A stretch of 61,837 nucleotides of DNA, filler included, from Choristocarpus tenellus KU-1152 (lineage: Eukaryota; Protista; Phaeophyceae), in assembly GCA_964200185.2 (NCBI GenBank). It is 10 parts of 10 records of this genome, joined end to end, with 100 filler letters (N's around TTAATTAATTAA, not from the genome) between each part and the next. Parts side by side here need not be neighbours in the genome. Positions count along the whole stretch, not along the records: positions 32,692 to 40,615 come from CAXNAD020005388.1; positions 40,716 to 44,411 come from CAXNAD020018450.1; positions 44,512 to 47,132 come from CAXNAD020026197.1; positions 47,233 to 53,067 come from CAXNAD020009641.1; positions 53,168 to 61,837 come from CAXNAD020004459.1; 5 more parts are not named here. The stretch is one strand, 5' to 3'. The position numbers and the translations under genes are program-made. Shown here in pieces: positions 38,014 to 53,527 of this stretch. The stretch's first letter is position 1, and each line of letters starts with the position of its first letter. A model generated the notes under the pieces. The model searched no databases. It was given only the letters and a program-made list of their open reading frames with translations, and had not been told where the DNA came from.

Positions 38014-39641
38014 ATGGATGAAGAGAGTGAGAGAGACCGAATCTCATCGTCCTCAGGTTCGTCACCCTCGAGTTCGTCTTCCAGTTTCTTGCCTTCTAGT
38101 TCATCGTCTTTCGATGAATCTACCTTCAGGTTGAAGGCGAGATCTAGGCTAAACCCAACTGGGATATTGCTCATTTCTGCTTTGATGGACAATGAGGATG
38201 AGGAGAAAGAATGTCCATTATTTCGCAGGTTTCGCATCCCCCAAGACCAGGTCGTTTACATGGCGATCTCGTGGGGGGTTATGCCGGGGAGAGAGGTAGC
38301 TCTGAGAGACGTCATTTCGTGGGAGGCGCTGAAGATCAGGAGGCAGTTCCGAGTCCCATTTGTTTTCTTTGAAGATTTAGTGAAGGACGTAGAAAGGCAG
38401 GGGTGGTTTGGTTGTCGAACCGCAGATGCCACAGGACGCCCTGGCAAAGGGTCAAAGTATCTGGGGGGGGGGGGTGGTTTGTGAGAGGGCGTCCGTTTCG
38501 GTCATACAACTCTTTTTTTTTAATGACATTTCAAATCCGACACGTGCGACCAAATGACACCAAAAAAGTGAAAACCCGTGAAGCTGAATGTGGGCATACT
38601 CGCCAGTAGAGTTTGTGTGTGAAAGGTCTACCTCGATAGGGCTCGTAGATTCAACCGTCTTTTGATCAGAGAGTACTGGATGTGACTTGCCGCCTGCAGG
38701 TGCTATCGATCCTCCAAAATCCTCGCCAGGGGAAACTGCTTTGATGATATCGAGCAACATTCCGGTATATCTGAGAGCACAATACATGCCACGTTTCACT
38801 GCTTCTGTGAGTGTTTTGCGGGTGATATGTACTCGAGTTGGATTTATCTACCAAAGGCGAAGATTTGGGGGAGGTCATGCGCACGTATGGAGCTGTGGGG
38901 TTCCTGGAGTCAAAAGCGATAAGACAATCATTCGATTTGATGGTGCTATCCAGAAACTTAGGAATGACTCCAAATATAGACAGCTGGAGTACAACGTCAA
39001 GGACTCCATCGGGAACTGTTACACCGAGAAAGGGGCCTATGTCCTTGTCAATGGGGGCTACCACAACGTGACAGGAAAACGTGACTGTACGGCATTGCCT
39101 ATGTTAGGGTTAGCTCCTGTGAAAATGAGTGCTCATCAAACTAGCAAGTCAACATTTCTTTGCCCAACCCGATCTTTGCATTTGCAGTGGAGGTGCACAA
39201 TATTCCCCCTGAGGGCTTCTGTCACACAGGCACAGGCAAGGTGGAGCGAACGAGTGGAGAGTGCACGCAAGAATGTCAAGTGCTTTTTTGGCAGAGTCAA
39301 GGGCTGCTACAGAATCCTCAAGCTGCCTCTACTATATTCGCACATGAAGAAGATAGATAACATATTCTTCACTTGCTGCATATTGCAAAATATGCCTTAT
39401 TCATATGATGGCCTTGGAGAGTTCGAGGGCAACATTGATTGGACAGGGGATGCTGGTCTGCATGATGCCTTCTACAGTGACCCTTACACTGATTTCACAC
39501 AGATGGGCATGCCAAAGGACCAGGGGAGGGGGACCTGAAGAGTATGTGGAGGGAGAGGTGGGATTTGATGAGCTTAGGAAGAAGCTCATAGCACACTACA
39601 AGTACAAGGAAGAAAACGGAGAGGTTTGGATGAAGTCCTGA
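38014..39641 (+). pseudogene. Decayed PIF/Harbinger DDE transposase with introns, frameshifts and a MITE insertion
   Basis: RRQFRVPFVFFEDLV; ILARGNCFDDIEQHSGISESTIHATFHCFC (HTH-like); SDKTIIRFD; YVLVNGGYH; intron 39068-39187; WSERVESARKNVKCFFGRVKG..IFFTCCILQNM. The expected acidic residues of DGGY and KDVE are replaced by N and K. Confidence 0.85.
38449..38575. mobile_element. MITE subfamily B, left part, inserted in the Harbinger ORF
   Basis: GGGTCAAAGTATCTG(G)n begins right after the TGRPGK codons and matches 3646-3730. No right TIR was seen. Confidence 0.75.
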
Positions 39642-40274
39642 TGAGGGAATCTTGCTTGTCAAACAGTGCTTTGCGTTTTGCGCTATTGACACCTGAAGTG
39701 ATAGTGAACGGTACAATTTGGTACTTTACTTTTGTAAAATACATACAAGAAGAGGTAGGAAAACGTAATACTGGACAAAGAGTCATTTTTCGGTACAATG
39801 TATAGAGTGATTGAGAGTCAACAGTCAAAAGCAAGAATTAATTGCCACAGGTTGCTGACAATGTATTTAAGTAAAGATTGTCCTCATGGACAAGAGCAGC
39901 TCACTTTGGTTTGAGTAGAGGATAATATTATACCCTAACCAACCTTCTGAAGAGTGCTGGAATCAACATCGTCCCTAAACATTGCTTGAGGTCATGATAC
40001 AAGGTCAGGGTTGACAGCTTTGTTTGGTTATGCATCAGGAACTCAAGATAAGAGGACTTTATACAAAATTAAATTCCATAAAATAACAAGTTACCTCAAA
40101 TTCAAGCAAAGATTTGCCAATGCCGTCCAGTGTGATGATGGTACACCTACGTGCATGGCACCGCCGTACAAGACTACTGAGCACTACACTGACAGCTACG
40201 TTGTCGCAACTAATTCCCCTAGTTATTCCCCCACAACAGCTGCCTGTCCCCAAAGCCCGCAAGTCAACCCCCCT

Positions 40275-40615
40275 TCACCTCCATCTGGTTCCAAATCCCC
40301 TGAGCCCCCTTTACCACTGTCCCACCACCTCCTAACATCTTCCCAGTATCACAGATATTCTCGTCCAGCCTCACCGCCACCAGTTGCTCATACCATTTCC
40401 TACGGAACTCTGCCTGAATAGTATCACCACTCTTCTCATACGTCCTCCGGGCTTGCTTAGCATTCTTCAGCATTCTGCCAAAATTTTGCTTATCTTAACC
40501 TATTAGTAGCCTTTTCTTCTGTTATGTCTACGTGTTTCCTCATGTCTCTAGCTGCATCATCCACTAACAGCCTCTCAGCGAAATTGAGGATGGAGCATAC
40601 TATGGAGGATGGGTT
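40275..40615 (-). pseudogene. Convergent coding fragment, possibly the second (DNA-binding) ORF of the Harbinger element
   Basis: RMLKNAKQARRTYEKSGDTIQAEFRRKWYEQLVAV..QME|gtgaag lies convergent to the transposase, as in two-ORF Harbinger elements. No Myb/SANT motif was firmly recognised. Confidence 0.3.
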
Positions 40616-43600
40616 NNNNNNNNNNNNNNNNNNNNNNNNNNNNNNNNNNNNNNNNNNNNTTAATTAATTAANNNNNNNNNNNNNNNNNNNNNNNNNNNNN
40701 NNNNNNNNNNNNNNNACCCCCCCCCCCAGATTGGGTCATTTTTCTGCCATGTGCTGACCCGTCTGCCACTGCCTTCTGCACCTCCTTAGTCCTCACAGTC
40801 CCCTCTCTCTGTGGTCTGCATTCTTGTTGCTGTGCCTGTGTTGACAAAAAAAAAATCCAGACGCGTGGCCGGTGTTGGTTGATGAATTTGTGGAAGTGAA
40901 GCTGAGAGAGATGGACCTCGATGAGCGCAAGAGAAATGGGGGTGACGTGAAAAATCACGGTAAGTCGCTGCCCCTGCCATTGCCGACGGAACACTGATGT
41001 GCTTTGTGGGTTAGAGAGATGGTCCTCGGCGAATACAGACAAGCAGCGGCATCCCTGTTTGCACTTGCTGGCGTAACTGTCGTGTGTGAACGGAAAGATT
41101 ATCGTATCATAGCCGTGTGTGCTTTTGGCGTAAAGTATTGATGAGGCGTTTTGCTGTATCGGTGCTCCGGATGCTCTGCGTGATGCCTTTGAGAGAGGGG
41201 GGGGGGGGGGGGGGGGGCCCCCGCCGGGGCGCGGGGCGGTGTGTTGTGGTTCTTTTTTCGGGGTTTTTTGTTTTTCGCCCGGCAACCGTCTNNNNNNNNN
41301 NGTAGAGGTGGGGTGCTGGTTGCGGGTAAGAAGGATGGGGTGAGGGGGGAAGGGGATGGGGGGGGGGGGAGGGACGCCTGACTGGTGCTGGAGTGTGTAT
41401 TGTGATTCTTTTGCTGGGTTTGTTGTTATTTGCCCCGTGAGCGTAACTGCCGCATAAGAAAAAGAAAAAGAAAATCTACTTCACAGTGTTAGATGCCTGA
41501 CAAGAGGCTGTTGTAGTTGTTGTAGTTGTTGACATGCTGTGTGTTTGGGGGTGTGGGCGAGTGAGTGGACACACGGTGGGGATGTTTAGTGACGGCTTGC
41601 TTTCTCGTCGGCAGGGTAGAATGGGCGAGAGCAACGATCACCTTCTTGCCAGCATTACTGATTGGATAGGGTGGGCTGGCTAGGATGGTCCATGGGTGTA
41701 AAGAGAGCTGTATAAAGGAGAATGTGGGTGTGGTGGGTGTGGGTGTGTTTGAGCTGTGGTGGGCATCTCTCTCTTTCTCTCTCTCTCTCACTCTCTCACT
41801 CTCCCTCTCTCTGTCTGTCTGTCTGTCTAAAAAAGTTATTGATTGTGGTTGAGATAGGTTGCACACGTAGCGACTACGGTCATTTTTAGTGTAAAAATAT
41901 TGGTACAATGGAAGTAAGCTATCAAAATTTAGAATATGTTAGTTTTGCTCTCCCATCACATCGTGTACGTATGATGCCATGGACAGCTCATGAAACGCTT
42001 GCCAAGGCATAACCGACTGTATGGCTAGTCGCTGTGGTACTCAAGATCAAATGTCGAGGAGTTCTGTGATCGTGATGCAGTGCACAGGGGGGATCCCCCC
42101 AGTGCACTCCAATGATTGTCTCCAACCAGTTCTCTCAAGATGCTCCTCGTGAACTGCTTGGCACTACTGTATAGTATGAGTATTAATCCTGTTATTGATC
42201 CCTACCTGCTACATGATATATAGTGACTGATGTGAACCGCAAAATGAGTAATGAAAGGATTTAGTTGCTGCTCGCCAGTCTAACTTTCATAAGAAGTTGA
42301 ATTTTCCTAGTATATATGTAGTGGTGTGATCCACGATTATGCTATCGGAAAATGTCGGAAACTGAGGTTCTACGCGCGTATGGCACATAAACATGCTGCC
42401 GTAATTCTGAAGTCAAGCACTATTTGTGATACTCATGTACGTGGCGTAAAGGGCAGTTCCAATGGAACATCTCTAACCAAGAGCCTGGTCACTAAGGTCC
42501 TTGCCAGTCCGGTCCTGCCTGTACTACTCCTATGATGGATATAGTGTTAATAGTAGAGTGGATAGTACTATACAACATGGATCTTCGATGGTCATCTGTG
42601 GAGTCTCTCCAACGTTGTTTGGGATCTCTGTTGACCCTCCTCATCTGGTCAGGCAATCCTTCTTTTTGAGATTCAGTGAGTCATGGTTTTGCACTGCCTT
42701 ATTTATCCTGACCGAACGTCTTAAGATGCGGTGTTAGAGGGGACAAAGAACATACTACATAGTGTGTAGTAAAATACAAAACATAATAATAAACAACATA
42801 ATAATCAGTGTAATCGATTGCAACAAAGAACTTGCTGTTGTACAAGGACTGCTCCGTTATTCTATGGTGTCAACAGAGGAACACAAAACAGATAGTATAA
42901 CTGACTAACTATACAGGCAATTGACTAGCACTACTTCAAAATCCGCCTACAAATATAGTGTAAGAGCGAAATCATCATGTATGCAGTCGTGCGGCACAGG
43001 TTGGGTGAGCATGCTTGCTGGTACAGGTTTGCGCCTGGATTGTTTTGATCTCTACAAACAACGGATGGAATTTTAATCAAGACTAGGAATGGTTACGATA
43101 GTTTGCAAAGCTGGACACGCATGAAGACTGCTTCTGATAGGTCGGAACAGGAAAGGGTAGGTATCAACAAACACAAAAAAGGTCTCTACTTTCATACTAG
43201 TGCTTCAATCTTCAGGTAGTTTGCCTTAGTTGGACCATGCAACAAATAGATGGGCAAAACTTCCTTTATTGCAAGGAGTGAGCATGGTGGTTTGGTATGT
43301 TGTGTTTTTCTGTTGGCACATTGTGTTTAGACTCATTATTAGGCCAACGCATCCTACTCATTCAGTTTCAGGCACACCCTGCAGGAGATCTGTCCATCGC
43401 CTCACCCCATCACTTTTCGGCTTTCACTTCCTCCTTTTGCTATTCTTTCAGTGAAGATACACTCCCCTGTTACGACCTAGTATCTGTTGTTGCCATCCTC
43501 TTTTTGGCGCTCCGTTCCTCTCGTTCTTACACAGTTTTTGAACAGGATATAGAGTATCGAGCAATCACATTATATTTATTTACGATAGAGTGTTGTTGGA

Positions 43601-44511
43601 TTACACGACCTACGAAGCGCCATGAACACCCACGTTCGTATTCATTCGATTCATGGAGGACGGTGTGTTTTCCAGGATGTAGAGGTGTAAACAATGTGTG
43701 GTTTAGTGGTTTATTGTGAAATTCAAGAAGAGTATTTTGAAGTACAAAAGTTTACATTGTTGGTTAGTGTTGGCGTAACAATCAACAGTGGATTTTAATA
43801 ATTGAGGATGGTTTTGACCGAAAATGGTGCGGAAAAAGCGGCGATATGTTTTTTTTTGTAAATGTTGCGGCACTTTTTAAGGGCTCCTTTTTGAAAGGGA
43901 TATATTTTTGTTCAAAACTATTTCGGTATTAGTGGAGGGCACCGAAACGATTTGGAAGCGACCTTGACCAAGCCAAAGGTTTAAGGACAGAAGGGCCCCC
44001 CCGGGGGGGAGTCGGTAACGGTTTTGGTATTCTTATAATATGTATGGTACACTATAGATTGTACTATACAATACATACATAAATACATCTTCTTCTACTA
44101 GTTACAAAATATTTATTCGAGTGTTACGTGGTTTGTACAAGAAAGGGATTGATAGGTCACATCCACAAAAAAAAATCACCAAGTCCACAAAGAAGAACGA
44201 ACACACGTTTCACTCTATACATACATGAAAAGCTTGTACTTCGTGTATATTATTGGTGCTAATGGCTGTTATTATCGTGTAGTTCTGGCACGCTTAGAAA
44301 GAAGGAAGGTTAGTCACAAAGGAGTTACTACGTTGAGCCGATCTCGTGATCATCTTTCATGTTAGAGTCGGTACGTATGTAAGTAGCGGCCAATCTTCAT
44401 ACCAGAGGCGGNNNNNNNNNNNNNNNNNNNNNNNNNNNNNNNNNNNNNNNNNNNNTTAATTAATTAANNNNNNNNNNNNNNNNNNNNNNNNNNNNNNNNN
44501 NNNNNNNNNNN

Positions 44512-44581
44512 GGGCGCTCTCCGAATTTAACGAAACCCAACCACCAAAAAAGCCGCAGCAAAAAAAATCCCCCCCAACCGC

Positions 44582-44612
<31 letters not shown>

Positions 44613-44630
44613 ACCCAGATACTTTGATCC
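44512..44630. mobile_element. Right end of a poly-G-armed MITE at a contig start
   Basis: (C)n-ACCCAGATACTTTGATCC matches the family TIR. Confidence 0.65.
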
Positions 44631-44968
44631 AATAGCAAAAGATGCAAGTTATAAGTTATCTAAAGTGAAAGAAACGGCCAAAACCTTGTTCGCCTCAGGC
44701 CAGTCTCGTCTTGTTTCCCATGCCGTCTCTTCTGTCTACGCAAACCCCCAGAAAAAAAAAGAAGGATTTGTGGGATATTTGTGAGTATGTGGCCATTGAC
44801 TATATTACACCTCTCAAGTAGCTCGCCTCCTTCTGCTGTGCACACGTTCTGACAATCCAATTTCAAGGTCCGTGGTGCATGTCACATGAGCCCCATGACG
44901 CTCGTGAAGATCAGAGGCAATTGGAACTTGGGCATACAGGGAGTAAGGGCCCTCTTTGAGGTGACTCA

Positions 44969-45177
44969 GGCTCAAAGTATCTGAGGGGGGGCGGGGGGCG
45001 GGGCGGGTGGCAGCTGTCCATTTGGGGTCATTTTTTTCCATGTCACGATTTTTCGGTATTTTGGTGGCATACATGGGATGGATAATGTAGGTGCACTTTT
45101 CCCAGTTATGGTCCAAATGGACACCCTGGTGTAGACCCCCCCCCCCCCCCCCCCCCCTCCCTCAGGTATTTTGGGTC
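44969..45177. mobile_element. Complete MITE, subfamily A, with 3-bp TSD TCA
   Basis: GGCTCAAAGTATCTGAGGG...CCCTCAGGTATTTTGGGTC is flanked by TCA at 44966-44968 and 45178-45180. The interior is homologous to 34412-34593. Confidence 0.88.
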
Positions 45178-45534
45178 TCAGTCCTATAATGCCACTTATC
45201 CCCCCCCCCCCTCTTTGAATCAAGTAGAAAAGTGTGTGTATGCCAGTGTTGATTTATTTCTGTGTTCCAACAGATTAACTTGGGTGGTTAAGCTCTACCA
45301 ACGGAGGGTTCCAAAGTGGTGGGGACACCACTGTTTATTCAAACGTTTCCGAATTTTTTTTTTTCTAAAGAGAAATTTTAACAGTGCTCCCATATTGGGG
45401 CGACTGTGATGCATTTCATGTCCCCCCCCAAGGGGACTTTGGCCCGACACTGTCTCCATAGGTTGGGAACATAGAGATTTTTTTTTCTCTTTAGAGTCAA
45501 AATATCTTAGGGTTAGAGTGGAGCCGCGTCCGTT

Positions 45535-45785
45535 TGGGGGCCAATGTCCAATGTTGCGATTTTTGATGTAATTTTGACTATCGTGTTTATTAGGGAGTGT
45601 CAATACCCTTATTGCAAACACACCTTTTCGTAAGGTATACCTTTTACCTGCTCAGAAATGTTTCGGAGTGGGTAAAATATCATAAATAACCCGTGGGAAG
45701 GGTGGGAAGCCAAGACCCAAACAAACGAACAAACCGGGGCAAACCTCGTACCCTAACCCTAAGATGCTCTCGCTCTTAGGTATCC
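45535..45785 (-). repeat. Dispersed repeat family, reverse copy of 250-480
   Basis: The reverse complement shares GGGTCTTGGCTTCCCA, GAAA(A)GGTGTGT, TATTGACACT, GATAG.CAAAATTACATCA and AATC.CAAC.TTGGA with 250-480. Confidence 0.8.
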
Positions 45786-46102
45786 GACCGCAGGAGATTT
45801 CGAGAGCGCAAGCCACAAGCTGTTTGATACAAGCTCGATCTTGTGTCAATAGTTTTCATATGGTAACAGATTTTGTAGCTGTCCCTGTGACCTTCGTGGG
45901 AAAGAACGCCTCTCAAGTCACGGGTGGAGGGGAATGAAGATGTCTGCAAGGGGCTGGCTGTGATGTTTTGGCTGTGAAAGAGAGAGAGAGTGTGAAGTAA
46001 TTTGATCCGGTTCAAACGTTTAGGTACTTTTTCCTTCCCAATTTTCAGCATATTATGCAAAAGATGAAGTGTACTTACTTACGACCTGACCTGGTGATGC
46101 CA

Positions 46103-46155
<53 letters not shown>

Positions 46156-46994
46156 TTTTTTTTTTTTCGGCTTTCTTTTTTTCCGTTTCAACCTCTCTTT
46201 TTATTTATTTTTCTTTTTTTTTTTTTTCTGGGAAGGGAGGGGGTGTTGTTTGCTGGGGCAATGCATCCTACCGGCTCAACATGGAATATGACATATCTCA
46301 CTGGCTTCAACTTTCTGTTTTGTGTCACCATATCCCCCCTTCCCTTTTATCCCATGGTATACTTGTACTAACTAATCTTGTGGAAACGATGCTTTTCTTG
46401 TACTCTTGAAAGGTAAGGAGTACACTGACGTGGTCACAGTGCTGTAGTAGACATCACTGTCAGAGTGACGGGCCGTGTATACTCACTTCCAAGGCACACA
46501 CTTCTTAGCATCACGTGTATAATGGCCACCTCAGTGCGATTGGCTCTCTCCTAAAATATTGGTTATTGTTTTTTTTGTTTTTTTTTGTATTCCTGAGCAA
46601 AACAGGAAAGCATCTTACGTATGCTCAGCTATACCCATTGCCAGTGTTATTAAAAACACCCCCTCATGTGGAAATCCAGAGTTAAACTAAGGGCGGTGAC
46701 GGGCTTAACTCTTGCCAGAACTCGTGAATGAGACAAACGCTATCCCCAATGATTTGTGCCTTTTAAGTGGACTAATATTATTATTTATTTATTTTTCAAC
46801 GAACTGGTTGTAACCCTTGCACCGACCTCTCCCCACCCTGACTGCTGCATAGAACGGTCTTAATTTTGAGGGTTGATTGATTGTGAATATTGCTTGCAGT
46901 TGCCTTGTGGGGGGTCCCACATCGCCTTTCACTAGAGTTATGGGCACGCTCTCTATATACAGACAACTCTGGCAGCACTGCAAGTTTGAGTACG

Positions 46995-47132
46995 GGCTCA
47001 AAGTATCTGGGCGGGGGGGGGAGTGGCGGCTGTGACCAATTTTTTCATGTCGCGATTTTTGGGTGATTTGGTTGCATACGTCGGATGGATAATGTAAAAG
47101 CACTTTTCCTGATTTTGACCCAAAATGGACAC
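46995..47132. mobile_element. MITE subfamily A truncated by the contig end
   Basis: GGCTCAAAGTATCTGGG plus interior TTTTTGGGTGATTTGGTTGCATA.GTCGGATGGA shared with the 34412 copy. Confidence 0.85.
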
Positions 47133-48329
47133 NNNNNNNNNNNNNNNNNNNNNNNNNNNNNNNNNNNNNNNNNNNNTTAATTAATTAANNNNNNNNNNNN
47201 NNNNNNNNNNNNNNNNNNNNNNNNNNNNNNNNGGGGGAGGGGGGGGAGTGAGTTGTCACAGCCATTCCCAATGTACTTTTTCTCTGAAACAATATCACGC
47301 CATGAGTGAGAAGGTGAATACATTATCCCAAATCAACTCACACGTAATAACAAATCTTACATCAATTTTGTATCAATACTAATTAATAATTAATTAACAA
47401 ATCTTACTAATTAATAGTTGCATCTTTCGATGATGAATAACAATACTAATTAATATAGATTGTGGAATGAGTATTGACTATGAAAATTCCTTGCTAACCT
47501 TCCTTCAACTGCACAAATCTTGGGCAGTTTGTCAAGAGACAAGGGGTGGTCAACCAACAACTCATGTGATCAGAAAGAGTCAGGTACGCCTTCTGGGAAG
47601 TATGAATTAAAAATTGAATTCAGAGCATGTGTACTTCACAAAGATGACTGAACCAGTCAATTTCCACATCCTACTTCATTATCATAGTTTATCAAACAAT
47701 CAAATAGGCAGACAGTTGGACAGTGTCTCTTGATAATCAAATCATAATAATTTAACAATCAAATAAGCCCTTGCACTAACCCGTTGTCACTGGCAAATAA
47801 TTGTAACAAGAAAGGGTCCACAATCGTGAGGCAATGCCTCTGAGAACAACCAATGCCACACACCAAGACATATTGCTGATACTTAGGGTTAGTCGTACTT
47901 AGCTTAGTCACAGGTATGCGCGAACAGAGTATCAGGATAGGTCTACAGTTTGACTCAAAGACTTTGCACCAAAACATGTGGACTCAAGGGTCTAATGCTG
48001 AGCTCACAGGTGCATTCCACAAACAGTTCAACCTTATCTAGAGTCACAATTTCAGCCATTTGCTTGAGTCTGATGGCAGGGTGAGACATCTGGGTAGTCA
48101 CACGACTCTCTATTCAAACGTATAGGATGTGGCCTCAGCTTTCAACAACAGTAGGTGTTTCATCTATCGTCTGTTGACATGTCTATGCTTATCAGGATAA
48201 CACATGTACTTCCACACGTAGAAAAGACAGGAGAAAGAATCGGTGAGAGACTCCAACAACACTTCAGGAATTGGGAGTGGTTTCCATTCAACAAAACATT
48301 AGACCAACCAGGGCATGATCTTTTCTCAC

Positions 48330-49511
48330 CTTGGGGCGCTTGTCATCATCATCTTTGCTCTCCCTGGGAGCTGAGCGGGGGACATCACATGATCTTACAA
48401 CACTCATGGGCTCATCCCCCTTGCCAGTAAGGGTGGTAATGATCTCGGTACCATTTCTCAAGTGTTCCTCGGACTGATATTGGGAGGGAAATGAGAGGCG
48501 TGATGTGGGCATGGGCTATGTGTAGGATGTTCGAGTAGTCTTGAGAGGTGTTGCAGCGCTACTTTTCAAGCACTGACTCACATCATTGTGGGGTCTGGTT
48601 GATCCACAACAAGACAGTTGCAAATCTACAACTGCCTTCCGCGACCAAGAACTCCTGGCAAAACTGCCGCCAACTCGGTCTCGAGGTTGTGGTGCCCATG
48701 CCAAACTGCTGCTTGGCCCTGACAGACCTTGAGCTCGGTTATTCAGCAAACAAAATCATGTAGAAAACGACCCAGCCCCTGCGAATCCTCTTCCCAATCA
48801 CCCGCTGAGCGTGTGCTAGTTGACAGATTGGGCACATCGAATCGTACACAGGCCCTTAACCCCACCGCGACCTCTAACGTCTCTCACATCAAAGGTGACC
48901 TGGGCGTAAGAAAGGCGGGGGACCTTCTTGGCCTTTTTGTAGATCACATTATGCTTCTTTAGAGTCTTCTCGAATTCCTTTTGTGTCGCATGAAAGCCCA
49001 CTCCATACACGGTAGCCTATAGCATGGGGCACAAGGCAACCAGTGAGTAGAAAGAAGAGAGGGGTCGATCCAGGGCAAGTTCGACTGTGTAGACGAGAAA
49101 AGGTCACAGCACGCGCAAAGGATGACTGGTAAAGTGATTGAATGGCCACCTTGTCAGGTTTCAACATGGAGCTTTCAAAAAAGGGTTTCCCTTCCCTAGG
49201 TGTTGGTGAGTTCTTTTCATACTTGCACCTGAACAAAATAGGTCATTATGTCAACAGGAGTATAGATTCACACATGATCATGTTTCAGTTAGAGAGAAGT
49301 ACTGCTGACTCACTATAAAGGCTAGAGCATATTGCAAACAGAGAGGGATGGTTACTCCATTCTCGTCATAACCTTCCGTGCCGAACATTTACGGACCAAC
49401 CTTGACAGGTTCAACAGAGGATCCATCTTCCTGTCTTGGCAGAGGTTCCACAGCTGCAGCAACCGGGTCCACAACCATGGGAAGGGGTGCTGTAGACGAG
49501 GATTCCTCCAT
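48330..49511 (-). CDS. 5' part of an RRM-containing protein, resembling the N-terminus of TRMT2A-type tRNA m5U methyltransferase
   Basis: Exons 49511-49401 (MEESSSTAP..), ~49212-49150, 49016-48888 (ATVYGVGFHATQKEFEKTLKKHNVIYKKAKKVPRLSYAQVTFD) and 48473-48330 (SEEHLRNGTEIITTLTGKGDEPMSVV). The RRM pattern is visible; the catalytic domain is not in the contig. Confidence 0.6.
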
Positions 49512-49767
49512 CTTGCCTGTTCGACTCAACACAATTTACCCAAGCAATACCAACAAAACAAAAACAAGCCTTTGCAAGGTGCTGAAACAAGTCCTGGTAT
49601 TGTGTTGAACTTGACAGACCGACAACCTGGTCAAAACCCCTGTTGTGTTCAAGGTGACTGACCTAAAATCTGGTCAAAACCGGGGGAGAGATCTTCGGTT
49701 TTATATGCCTCACAACGGGTTCGACAAACTCCTCTCGGTCCTCTATACGAGCTTGCATGCCTTTGGA

Positions 49768-53026
<3,259 letters not shown>

Positions 53027-53527
53027 GTCTGTCAACGTGGGCTTGGATTTCTTTCTTTTTTTGGGGGNNNNNNNNNNNNNNNNNNNNNNNNNNNNNNNNN
53101 NNNNNNNNNNNTTAATTAATTAANNNNNNNNNNNNNNNNNNNNNNNNNNNNNNNNNNNNNNNNNNNNGGGGGGGGGATGGGGGAGGAGGATGGGGGACAG
53201 AGGCTGTTAAGGTTGGTGATAAGGAGGGGTTGTGATGGTTGACGTGGGATGCAGAGGGAGATGGGATATGAGTGGGGAGGTATGCAAAACATGAGTAAGT
53301 CAAATGCAAGTATATGTGGTGACACCTCCAACACAATGGTACTATTGTGTTCATGAACAAGAAAGCACGTGTTCTTGACTTTGACTGTTTCAACAAGCCC
53401 ATCAACAGATATGATACTTGGTCACGATGAAAGCTAGATAGAAAAGAAGCATGTAATGTATCATGTACACACACACATACATATATATGATGAGATAGTG
53501 CGCTCGATCCACTTCTACAGTTCTTGC

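Noticed and set aside
40861-41682. Possible exons (AWPVLVDEFVEVKLREMDLDERKRNG.., EMVLGEYRQAAA.., GRMGESNDHLL..*)
   Set aside because: Splice sites are plausible, but acceptor choice is ambiguous, an N gap intervenes and no homology was recognised.
44822-45937. Possible two terminal exons flanking the MITE (..QLELGHTG|TVPVTFVGKNASQVTGGGE*)
   Set aside because: Phase-compatible but short, with no recognisable domain.
46055-46371. Poly-Phe ORFs, and poly-Pro/poly-Gly ORFs elsewhere
   Set aside because: They are translations of homopolymer tracts, some in low-quality sequence next to gaps.
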